Shown here: positions 13,001 to 25,000 of the stretch, one piece after another
Position numbering within the stretch: position 1 is the stretch's first letter
Layout of the letters: each line of letters begins with the position of its first letter
Origin: Phoronis australis
Taxonomy: Eukaryota; Animalia; Phoronida
Assembly: GCA_002633005.1 (NCBI GenBank)
Contig: NMRA01000127.1
Coordinates: forward strand, 767,253 to 831,252
Direction: 5' to 3'
Length of the DNA stretch: 64,000 nucleotides
Translations under genes and position numbers: made by a program
Notes under the pieces: generated by a model
Databases searched by the model: none
Told to the model about the DNA's origin: nothing
What the model saw: the letters and a program-made list of their open reading frames with translations, nothing else

Positions 13001-16000
13001 TCACCAGTTTTAGAAAAAAAATTATGCCAAAAATGCCTGTTTTTGAATTTTCAGAGGCTTCGAACATCATTGTTAATGTGTTCACAATTTTTCTAAATTT
13101 TGTTTGTCTGATGGTAACTGTAGTGCAAAACTTGAACTTGGCATTTAATTGTCGCAACATATGTAGCCAGCCTGCTGGCTGTATGAATACTACTGTCAAA
13201 ATACAGCTAGGTACCGTTGTGTGTTGAGCTCCAACAGACCTCGAAATTTCACACAATCCGGGTACGTTCTGTTTGACACCTCGTCGTGAAACCTATATCA
13301 TCCTGTAGAGCTAATGACGGGCGGGGCTGGATGCAAAATCTGGGTGTCAACCGACATTCACCTTGCCTGTTGCATCCGTTTTAAGTGAAAAACACTCTAA
13401 TAAACATCATTTTCTTTCGTAATTCTTTGCCTTTTGTAACAAAGAAAAGTGTGTCGCCGTTTTGAAAACATTGCGCTCGTGACATGGGCACGCAGCATTT
13501 CCTAAATTTTTGCGACATCTCGCAGCTTTGCAGCAGCAAAATTTGTTCTGAAATTCAGTTTGCTCAGGTATCCAAATTCTAAAAACTTATAATGAAGTGA
13601 AACCAGTTCCGATAATTTTTTGTGACGTGTAATCAACCTCACGAAAGAATAACAGTTGATTGAAGAATTGCCCTAAAAAGAAACTGGCCAATTGGTGTCG
13701 CAATATTTCATGGCACCGACGCAACAAAATGCAATACAATTTTAGCAGCAGAATAATGGTAGAACGGCAATTTTTCCAACACTGGTAGATAATTAAGTTT
13801 ACTCAGGGAAGAGTGTAGTTTTTAATGACACTATTTTGTGTCAGATTTTGTTTGGTTAGTTTTTTACCCACATCGGAGCAAAGCTGTGTGTTTAGTATAA
13901 AGAGGCTACAACTTATGTTGCATTGAGAAAAGATGATGATAATATAAAATTTCAATTGTCAGCCATACTGTGTCCTAAATTTGTGAGACTTTACAGATAG
14001 TCCATTGTGTAAATAAAACTACTTTACAGATAGTCCATTGTGTAAATAAAACTACTTTACAGATAGTCCATTGTGTAAATAAAACTACTTTTCATTAAGA
14101 GCCTTGTATAGATATGCGTATTGCTGTTTTTAGTTGAAGTATTTTTTTTTCATTATTAATGTCACGTTTTACTATTAATATTGATGTTGGAATTGGAAGC
14201 ATTATTGTTGTGACCCTTGCGTTCCAGCCGTATTTTTAGTGATGATGGCATTTTCTGTTTCAATGGCTTTTAATGCCCATCGGTCTGATTACATGCTGTA
14301 TTCTAAGTCCAGTCCTCATGGGCGTTCTCGTTAATAGCATCCTCTGCTTGTTAACACAGGTCTGTTCTTGTTAATACCAGTTCATTTTTCATAAGCCACA
14401 ATTCTATCATTTGTACTATCAGTCTTTTTTGAATCGCATTTCTTGTGTTGTGTGAATGACATATTTCCTTCTAAAGAATTGAAACTTTTGTCTTCAGGAG
14501 AAAAGAATACCATTCATTCAAAGAGAAATGCAGTTTGTGCAAAACTGAACTGCAGTTTATCAAATAGGAAGTGCTGGTGGGCGAGAAAAAAAATCTTGGG
14601 TTAATGAGAAAAGGATGTTGTTTATGAGAACACACGAAGGAGGAGGATTTTCTCCCCTGAAGCATTTTGGAGGGTAACTAGTCTGCATAGTGGCTTAAAA
14701 GTTTGAGGGACAGTTGTAATTCATGAGTGCTGTTCACACACAATTGGCGTTGTGAAATTGACATGCAAGGTCAGTTAACGCTGTTCTTTGTGGTCCCTGC
14801 TCTTAGTCATACAACTGTTCTTGTTGGACTGTGTAACTACAGCTTAATGAAGGGTTTATGGTTCTGGCCAAGAAGATATTTGTTACATTACCTCTTATGG
14901 AATCTGAATTTCCCAGCCCAAATTGGTCAGCGCAATTAGCAAGTAAGGTGATTTTGTGAACAGGAACGGCATAACTGTTGACCGTTCGAGATTGTGTGCT
15001 GTTGTCTAAAGGACACCATGTGAATGATACAATTGCTACAGTCTTGGGAAATAGAAGAATGCAATCTATCAAATCAATGTGAACGTGGTGACTCCTGGAA
15101 ACCAGGGCTGTGTAGACGCAGGAAGCTAATGCGGTCCCATGTGAAGCAGAGCACGTGGCCAAAACAACGTGATGTCTAATGGGATAACGACTGGATGCTT
15201 GACATGGAAACAGACTGGCTAAAAGAAAGACCAAGGAAGAAATGCACACGAAGCTACACTGTGATGTCTTCAGTCAGCCTTGCAACAAGGCAAGCAACAC
15301 CTGGCTCCCCTACTGAGACGATAAGGAAGATAGTAACAAAATCTCTTCAACGTTGATGACTGACTCAGTTGTCTAGAGGTCCATCATGCAGAAAGTAAAA
15401 AATCAGCAAAAGTGTTTAAATAATTTCCTCCATAAGTGTACCAGATACCCGTGCTTGTTCTAGGAAGGTTTTAACACCCGATTATGGCTTGAGAAGTGAG
15501 CGACCAAAACATCATGTCAGAGTGTAAATAGACTTGAGGTTGAGTTAAATTGATTTTAGAAGTGATGTTACAATTCCAGTTTGTGCTGTTTAGGCATTTG
15601 GCATATTCTGTGGCATGGGCATCCACAACACACAGATGTATGAGAAAGCTTGCACGGCCATGGCTAAACAGTCGGTAGCGATTGATGTACTGTCGTACCA
15701 TGTGACTGCCCCGCAGGAAGAGGCAAAGAGACTAAAGGTAAGCTAATTAAGACTAATCACTATTTGTTATGCAGAATTTATAGACAACTATTTTTTCTGT
15801 TATCACTCTCAGATGTCAAGAAAAGTGGCAGCGTCATTTTATTTTGCAGAAGGCCTATTTTTTAATATTTTATTGTGTAAGTTAAGTTGTAAATAGCTCG
15901 GCATAATTCTGGACATGTTTAATTATTCTTTCCTTCTTCAGACTATGGTCGTCCCTTCCGCCCAACATTTCTGTCTGCTCGACTACAGTTTTAATGACTT

Positions 16001-19000
16001 CAGCTTAGATGACGACGACACGCTCAAGGCGAGTCTACGCATGTTCATGGACCTTGACCTCCTGGAAAAATTCCACATAAATTACGAGGTAAAAATCAAT
16101 CCTGTGTTTCTTAAAGAAATAAAGGAATCTTAACCGTGATTATCACTGAAAGATGTGTTTAGTGCCACGTTCACATGGCGCTGAGCAAAGTGTTTGGAGA
16201 CAAGAAGTTTATTTGAATGGGATTTGGTGCCATCTAATGTGATTCTGGGTGTCGTATTTTGGCTTTAGTTTCCTATGAAGTGTAAACAGCCAGAAGACTT
16301 TGACCCATCGTCAAGCAATTCACTTATGAAAGAAAATAAGTACATAACTGTACTAATTTTTTATGACAAATTCCAATTCTAAGAAGCATTTTAATTAAAA
16401 TTTGATGCCTCTTTATTTTGCTCTTTATTTGAGGAAACTTTACCTGTTTTCTAATATGTGTAGACTCTGTTTTAAGTTTGACGCTGTCCTATAAAATAGT
16501 CCATCCCACAGTGCCAGTCATTTCTCACAACATCCTGTCGCCTGTCTAGACACACAATGTTAGTATGCGCTATGAATTTATTGCTGCTGTCATTAGTCTG
16601 ATAACTAAAAATTTACATTGCAAATTATGCAAGCTCTTACTTCGTTTGTATTTAGCAAAGCACTTTGCAAATTGCTGTTTGGCCGATTGAAATAATTGTC
16701 CAACTTGGATGTGAGACCGACATGTGCCTCAATCATATTAGGAACATAGGCAAATTCCATTTTCCAATGTGACACAGGTGTTTTGAGAAATGAAATTAGT
16801 CTCTTCTCGAAATGTATCGTCTAGAGTGACAAAAACTATTTTGACTTGTGGCTTTTACAGGCATGTTCACCAAGAAATAATGGAACCTTTTATGGATTTT
16901 TTAAAGTAATTGGAACCTCGCGCACTTGCTTATTAAAGGTTCAACAAACCCATGCCTTCTGTCAATAATTAGATTTTGATTTAGTACAGTCAGTTTAATA
17001 AATTATTGCTGGAGCTCGGGTGCATGTTGTACCTGACTTGTGCAGGCCGCTCTGGTGGGCCCATGGCACTCAGGTCATCTGGAACCATTTTATGTTTTAT
17101 TAATAAATAGTTAAAACCCAGCTTAGGAGCATCATAAAATCAGTACGTCTCATCTTGTTCAGCACTTATTCATATTTGGTATCATGGTCTCCAGGTTGCA
17201 GTATGTCTGTCAGGTCATTGTTGCTGCACACAAGGAGTATGTTTCATGAATTGTGTATGTCTGTCTTAATAAATTCAATGGTGACTGTAAAAAAAATTGT
17301 AACTGAAGACTTAAGTCAGAAATTTGCTCTTACGCTCTGCATAACTATTTCTGGATAACGACTAAATGTCACTTGAGTAAAAACACAAAGTCTCTGAGAA
17401 CATGCTAGTTACTGTTAATAATGATTTCTGTAAATTATTTCTAGATTGTGATGCGCTCATAATTACTCGGCTAAACTTTAATTCTAAGTTGTGAAATGGA
17501 AGCTTAATACTAAATTCGTGTGTTAAGTCTGAACTAAAGTCACTTTTCTTGAAACAGACCCCTGGCTCACGCGGTCTGCTCGTCGTGGCTGGTTTGTTTC
17601 AGCTTTCCAAGCAGTATGGCTGTCGTGGGAATTCCAGGCATTTGCAACCAATTTCAGTTCAAATACAGGATAAGAATAAGGTGGCACATACGCCTATGGA
17701 GAAAGTCATTTATGACACCATGATTTGGTTTAAAACTGCAGTGTTGTGAAAATTAACCTGGAAACTGGTTTGGGTTTGTGATGAGTCGACCTTTAATTGG
17801 CCTGTGTATTAGATGTCCTAGAATGGTGAACAATGTATGAAAATGACAAAATGTGTTTTGTTCCTGAGACAATTGATTTGCTCATGTTTGATGGCAGACA
17901 GTTGTGAGTCTGACTGTGTAGATGTGTACCCCTGAGACTGGGATAAAAGTAATGATGTCAACTTTACATTGTATCCTTCTTTAAATCAATAGCAGCTTTT
18001 ATATGACATGTTGGAAAATTGTTTGTCAGTGATTCGACCATAATTTGTTATGCTCAAAGGAATTGGGGTGAAAATTCTTCAGTTTGAAGACAATATGGCA
18101 TCTATGCAGAGTTTCAGTTTGTCTATGTGATCATCATACATTATGTATTTCAAAGCCTTTACTTAATAACTTTCGATTAACTTTTATCATTTGGAGCAAG
18201 GAAGTAAGTCGTTGAAATTTACCAGTTATTTATGTTCCAAATTCAAGAATTGTTACCTTGCATGTCTTATTTAATACAGAAAGGTCGAGTGCATTGTTGG
18301 ACTGCGAACTTCATACTCGGCATCTTATGGCTTTTCTACCTGGCAGGTGATGTGTCGAATGTTGCTAAGTGTGAAGAAGAATTATCGCGACGTTACATAT
18401 CATAACTGGCGTCATGCATTCAACGTGGCTCAAGTGATGTTCACCATGTTAATAGTGAGTGGAGTGGGGGAAATGTCACGTGACCGTGAATGTGGGGGGC
18501 ATCACCCCGGAGCAAAGTACAATCAGAATTCTTCACCTGTAAATGGCAGACAAGTTAAATATTTTGTCAAGTTTGTAGACAAAATTTCACAGTAAGAAAT
18601 TGTCTTTATTATCTACATGATATGTAGTGTACAGCTGCCAGAAAATGACTGTAGACCTGTCCTGAAATAGCTCAGCACCATTCTCATGCTAACACATTTA
18701 CCCACATGTGTCACACACTCCTTAGCAGGCCTTTATCCAGGATTTCGAAAATAGGGTGTCCAAAATGGGGTTCCCAATATTCCAGGGCGTCCATAATTCC
18801 GACGTGTAACCCCCCACCCCCAGTAATCCCCCCAAACACAGATTTTTTTTACAAAAAATGCGTAGACCAAAGTTTTTACATCTAATTTTACAAAACAGCC
18901 TTCTGTAGTGAGCATTTTTAATAAAAAATTGGTGTAGACCAAGACTTTTACAATGCTATCAACCAAGTGTGAGCATAGCAACATTGTATATACTTTGTAT

Positions 19001-22000
19001 ATACATTGTATATTTCTTCCTGCTTTGAAAAAAGAGCCCCCACTGAGCCTTCAGAGGCTTCCTAGTAATCATTACAATGTGTGTCCAAACCTGAAAGGTT
19101 CCTATTGACAGTGGGCATCCAAATGATACATTGGGCATCCTTGCCAGAGCATCCATATTAGTGCTAGGGCGTCCATTTGGATGCCCAGGACATACGCTGC
19201 ATAAAGGCCTGCTCCTTAGTGTTCTACTTCACATGCAATGTGCTGGTCACTGTCTGACTATCCTAACTACGGTATTTCTTTGCATATGTAGCATACTATA
19301 TGGTCGACGAGTGACATTCTAGTTTGTCAAATTTCTCCACAAAAATAAAAAAGATTAAGAAAAATTTAGTCTGTTACTAACATGGTTCGTGCTGCGTAGA
19401 TGTCATAAACCAACCTTTGGCAACAATAGCATGGCTCCCTCTATTGTCGACAAAGATAATTAGAATGCTTGTTTGTTGAGGCCTCTTGTTTGTAGTGTCC
19501 TCTGTTTTTTGGAATTTAAGCCATTCAATGTGGTAAATGCAACCTGTCCTGATTAATGATCTCTGAATATTCCAGTAAGTAATCGAAACAGTATTCATAA
19601 CAAATGTGCAATACCCGGCATATGGGTAATCACCCTTCTGGCCATTTCACAGATTTATTTTTCTACGATCACATTCAACTTTAAGCCACAATTACTGCCA
19701 TCTTTAGGACACCTGTTATCTTCATGTTTTGCACGTTTTACTTTGAATCCATGCTTTTGACTTGACCTTGAGTGTTTCATGGATATTCAATGCTCACATC
19801 TGTTATTTTACTGCTCTGATGTAAATGGCTGTAAATGGTGAGTGTTACCGCAAACATATAGTGGAATATTAAAGGTTAAGTAGGACCCTAGGAAAATTTC
19901 CAGATTTGGTTAACTTCAGAAGGTCATATACGTATCTCAGAAATGGCTTTTGGGATTCATATGAATCTTTTTGCACTATTGTCTCGAGTTTTTAAATTGA
20001 TCCATTTCTTCATCATGAAGGGATATGGAATGTAGGACTGATTTTTATAAAAAATGGAAAGTTGCATAAAATGAAAACAAAATGATTACTTAGAAAATGA
20101 ACAGCTTTTTGCAATTTCATTTTGAACATGTATATCAAATGAAATTAGGTCATGTCATTAATATCATTGTTTTGCTGTGATTGTGTCTTTAAGTTTCTTT
20201 TTTTTGCGAAATTTTATTAAACACTCATGGTCTCGTGACCCAATCAACAGCAGAGTGGTATGAAGTCATGCTTCGTTCTTGTTTCAAAAAACATACTCTT
20301 CTTGAGTTAAATTCCTTACATTTAATTTGTAGGTAGTTAGCTGAATGAACAGACTTGTCGATACGGTCATACATTATCTTAATACATTTTTTATGGATTG
20401 TTTTAATGTTGTAGACAGGAGGCATGCGGAACGTCCTAGGTGACCATGAATGCTTGGCTATGCTGGTGGCGTGTCTTTGTCATGACTTGGATCACCGGGG
20501 CACAAACAATCAGTTCCAAATCAAGTGAGTGTTAGGACTTGTGTTATGGTATCACAAGGTATGGGGGCCTATGCCATGAAAATGACTTAAAAAACTCAAA
20601 GTCAGAAATTTGATCTTGCGCTCCACACATATAATCCGAAAAATAATTTAATCACACTTGAGCGAATTTAGTGCTATGTTGCTTTAAATATTTCACGTAA
20701 CTGCTAGTTCAGAGATGATTTCTATAAATTGTTTCAAAACTGTCATGTGCTGATAAGTACTTGGCTAAACCTTTTTTCAGCAATTCTAAAGTGGAGGCTG
20801 AAGGCCAAATATCTCTCTTTAGTCTCGAGTCTGTTTCATGGGACAGATCTGTGGTGCCAATACCCCGATCACAATGTGTGAAGGATAAAGCTGAGATACT
20901 CTTTGTTTTTTGTACCTGTGACTTGGTTTTTCATGGCAGCTGGGGGTTACCAACAGATTGATAAAAATAGCAATACCAAATTGTAGTTGATGTTACTCCA
21001 TCTAGTAATTTTTTTCTAATTAGCACAAAGCAGAGTTATTGAGGAGTATATACTTTTTCAACATAAATAAATAGGAAGATTTTTACTTTATTATTGGCAC
21101 AATTTCACAGCGTTTTGGCGATGCAGGGGTTGTTTGAGGTATGAACAATGACGGACAGCATTTATTTTTACTGTAGTTGTGCTGTTCATCAATGACGTGC
21201 TCAATATATCTGTTTTTCAGGACGATGTCACCACTAGCGCAATTGTACTCAACATCGGTGATGGAACACCACCATTTTGACCAATGCATAATGATCCTGT
21301 CTACCCAGGTAAGCAATAGTAATTAATCACAGTCGTGTTGAACTTGTGAATGGTAAAGTCTAATTTAGGACACAATATGGCCAACAAGGGAATTTTTTTG
21401 ATCAGTTTTCCATGAAACATATGTAGCACCAAATTAACTGATTTTTCATGTTTTGAAAAAAAGGGGCATTCACAACAATGTCAGAAGCCCTTGAAAATGA
21501 AAAGAGGTTTGATATTTTTGCCAGTTGTTATCTGCTGAGATTTTTCGGTATCATGTACGAATATCTACACGGCACACCGATGATAATTACCCGAAAGTGA
21601 AATGTTCGTGCTTTCAGTTGCATTAAGTTCCAGCGACTCTGATCGCGAATTCTGCAAACCATCAGCCATCATGATAGAGATTTCTGTTTGCACTTCTCTC
21701 ACCTGTCATGGCGGGGAGTTCCACTTGCACTCAGCCATCATGACAGGATATTCTGGGTTATTGTATCCATTCATTTTTGTGATGTACTAGTTAAGTTCTA
21801 ACAGTTCTGCTACAGTATTTGTCTTGGTTACTCATTTTAAAGAATTTAGGCAGTTTCACAGCAAGACATAATAATTAGTGGTGTTAATTGGTGTTTTTGA
21901 ATACATTGTGAGACAGTGCGATGTAAACACGTGTTGCCATCACTGAAAACTTGGAAGACATGACTGTAAACTGTGTACTTGGGTTGGGTTCCGTTGCAAG

Positions 22001-25000
22001 AATTTAGCGAGTAAAGTTACGGTGTGATTGGGTGCTTAACTTGTAATGCGTGCAATGTCTCGTGAAGTCGTGCGTAAATCTTCGGCATGATCGATTGGTG
22101 TGTGCCACGAGAATCTTCCGTGTAAAGGATTTGCAAAAGTCTGTGCATTCGTTCAATGCATTTGTAAGCCACTTCATCTGTATTTTATTCATAATATGTG
22201 ACTGTTGTTCAAACACTCATTCACCAAAAAGCACGTTGCAGTGGAGCAATACATTCGATAATGATCTCATTAGTGATAAGTGCCATTTTCCATCTTGCTG
22301 TTTACAAGTCATCAAGAGGTCTTTGTATTGTCTCTAGATGTCTATGAGCTGACAATTGTCACGTAAATGCCCTTGAAAAGGGTCGGTAGCGCTGTAGGTG
22401 AAAACCCCAAATTAGGAGGATTTGAGACTCATTGATAAGGTCAATGAATGAAGTTTTGGAGGCCTACACCAAAAATGTTAACGAATAACCTTAATCTTGG
22501 TCATAGTGGGAACTCAGTGTTTTGAATACTCTCCTTTCGCAACTTGGATTCGTTCATCTGAAAAACACGAAATCTTAGTAACTTGTGTATTTTGACACTA
22601 TAGTCACACTGAGCATGGCATCTTACTAGGCAGCTTTTTTTGTTTTGATAATCCGTGCTGAAAGAACCTTTTGAGTTCAGGAAAATAAGGAATAAAAAAG
22701 CAAAGATATGTATATGAAAAAGATATATGTCTTTTGCTTAATTATTTCTTTGTACGTTTCTGTACTCATTGTCTGCACAGATCATAATAGGATCATGGAT
22801 AATTGCAAAAACCTTTTGCAGATATTTTCAGTGTGCCCATTAGTGAACCCTGTTATAGGAAATTAAATTGAAAAAGGTACGCTTTAGGGAAATTGTCAGA
22901 AAAGGCACCCTTTTGTAGTGAAACTGGTCTCGAAAGTCAAGCATTTTAGCGGTACATCCTTTCAATGGGACTGTGGTAAAAGCTCATCTATTTCGGATTA
23001 AAATAATTGCCAAAACTGGTCTTTTTTCATTTTTCAAACTTTTAATATTGCTATGAATGCCTACAGTTTCTCAGAAACATTCATTGTCTGATGGTAGCTA
23101 TGATATTGGTCTTTCAGAGTGATGTAGCATTTATTTGGTGCTACTTTTCTTGTATGACATAATGAAGAACATAAAATTTCACATGTCGGCCATATTGTGT
23201 CCTAAACTGATAAGATTTTACCCTACATAACCATGAACATTACCTTATTACGACTATTGTCTTTTTTATGGCATATTGTCTTTTGTCTTCTTATTGCTTT
23301 AGTTGACAGTATTATGCAGAAGAATATTTTAACATTTCAGGGAAACGACATATTCTCAAATCTCACTCAAGAAGAGTACAGTATTGTCATTCGTTCGTTG
23401 GAGCATGCCATCTTGGCCACAGATCTGGCGCTTTACTTCAGGTGAATGCCCGGACCAGTGTTTTGTTTATGGTTAGGAGAGTTGATTCTAAGTTTAATGC
23501 AGATTTCACTAGATGGTAAACTTTCACTGAGAAGGTGGTTGTGTAGATGCTCCCTGTCTAGTGGTTTAAACTTTGACCTTTTAAACCAGAATCCTGAAGT
23601 TACAAGTTTGTACTAGTAAAATGTTTGACAGCAGCTGTATAATTAACATAGTTTTGTTCTCTGTCATGTAGAACCCTTCTACTTCCTATGATGCTTTGAC
23701 TCATACATATAATACAGAAATTACGCCCTCAAGCATTGTAAATATCAAGTCTATTCTTGTATCTTTGTCTTATTGCAGGTTGCGTGGGGAGTTCTCTAAT
23801 CTGCTCGACTCTGGGAAAGCTGACTGGAGAAATGACGACCATCAACAGCTGCTCAGGTATCATATGTTCACCTGTGTCAATATATACTCAGTGTAAGGCA
23901 TGGTACATATGGCCATGGCCTTACAGGTGAAATACTATGTTCTGCGAACATTTAAAAATGCAACAACCTCAAATATAAGACCATACCATTTTTTTAAATT
24001 TAAGGTCATTCATCAGGCTCTTGTTGTTATCCACCAATCAGCTGTGACCATAATGTTCAATGCCTTGAAAGTTAATAAATTGTTGTTTGGTTAAAATCAT
24101 TATGTTAAAATCTTTAATATAATGTATTTAGGTTATACAACGTACGTGTTTGTACCAGTGGTTATTATATCTCGATTCGTGATATGCAAAAGTATTTGAA
24201 CGAGGGCGAAGCCTGATATACTTGTTCATGTATCACTTCCCAACACTGATGCACTTGTTCATGTATCAATTTTTCCTGCTCCAGGGCCATGATGATGACT
24301 GCCTGTGATGTTGCGGCCATTACCAAGCCATGGGAGGTACAGAAAAAGATCGCAGTTCTTGTCGCCAGCGAGTTCTTTGAACAAGGCGACATTGAAAAGG
24401 AACTCAAAATCAAGCCAGCCGTAAGTTCTGTTGAGTTAGAATAACTTAGTTGTTAGTTGTAAGATATGACTTAAGCTGTGAATTATGTTACAAATTACAA
24501 GGTGACAAGTTGCAATGCAATGTTTAGACTTCTGCCCAGGAATTGTTACCAATATGCATCATTTTGTGAGTGAACAAATTGTCCTGGCTGGCTGCCAGGG
24601 GTGTCAACCAAACAAAGAGGAGACTTTAAAATACTTTATTCTATCTTCTCTCAAATGGTGAACTACAAAAAGATAAAAAAGAACTAATAAATGCGCGTAA
24701 CAACATATGGGTGAACATTCGAAACTTTACGGTACAAAACAAGGAAACGTGGAAAAGACCAGAATAAACTAAAACATCCTTAAAATAATGTCCAAAGTGT
24801 CACTTTAATATCACTGGCTCACGAAGATCCTCAAACGTCAATGACCAACGAAGGTCAAAATGCGCGATAATAATGTGACCGGCTACCAAAGTGCACAATG
24901 CGCAATAATTCGACTGCTTACGGTAGATTCCATGTGAGCACATCAAAAGTTGAAAATAACGTCGAAAAATCCACAATTCTTGCAGAATCAATATAACTAA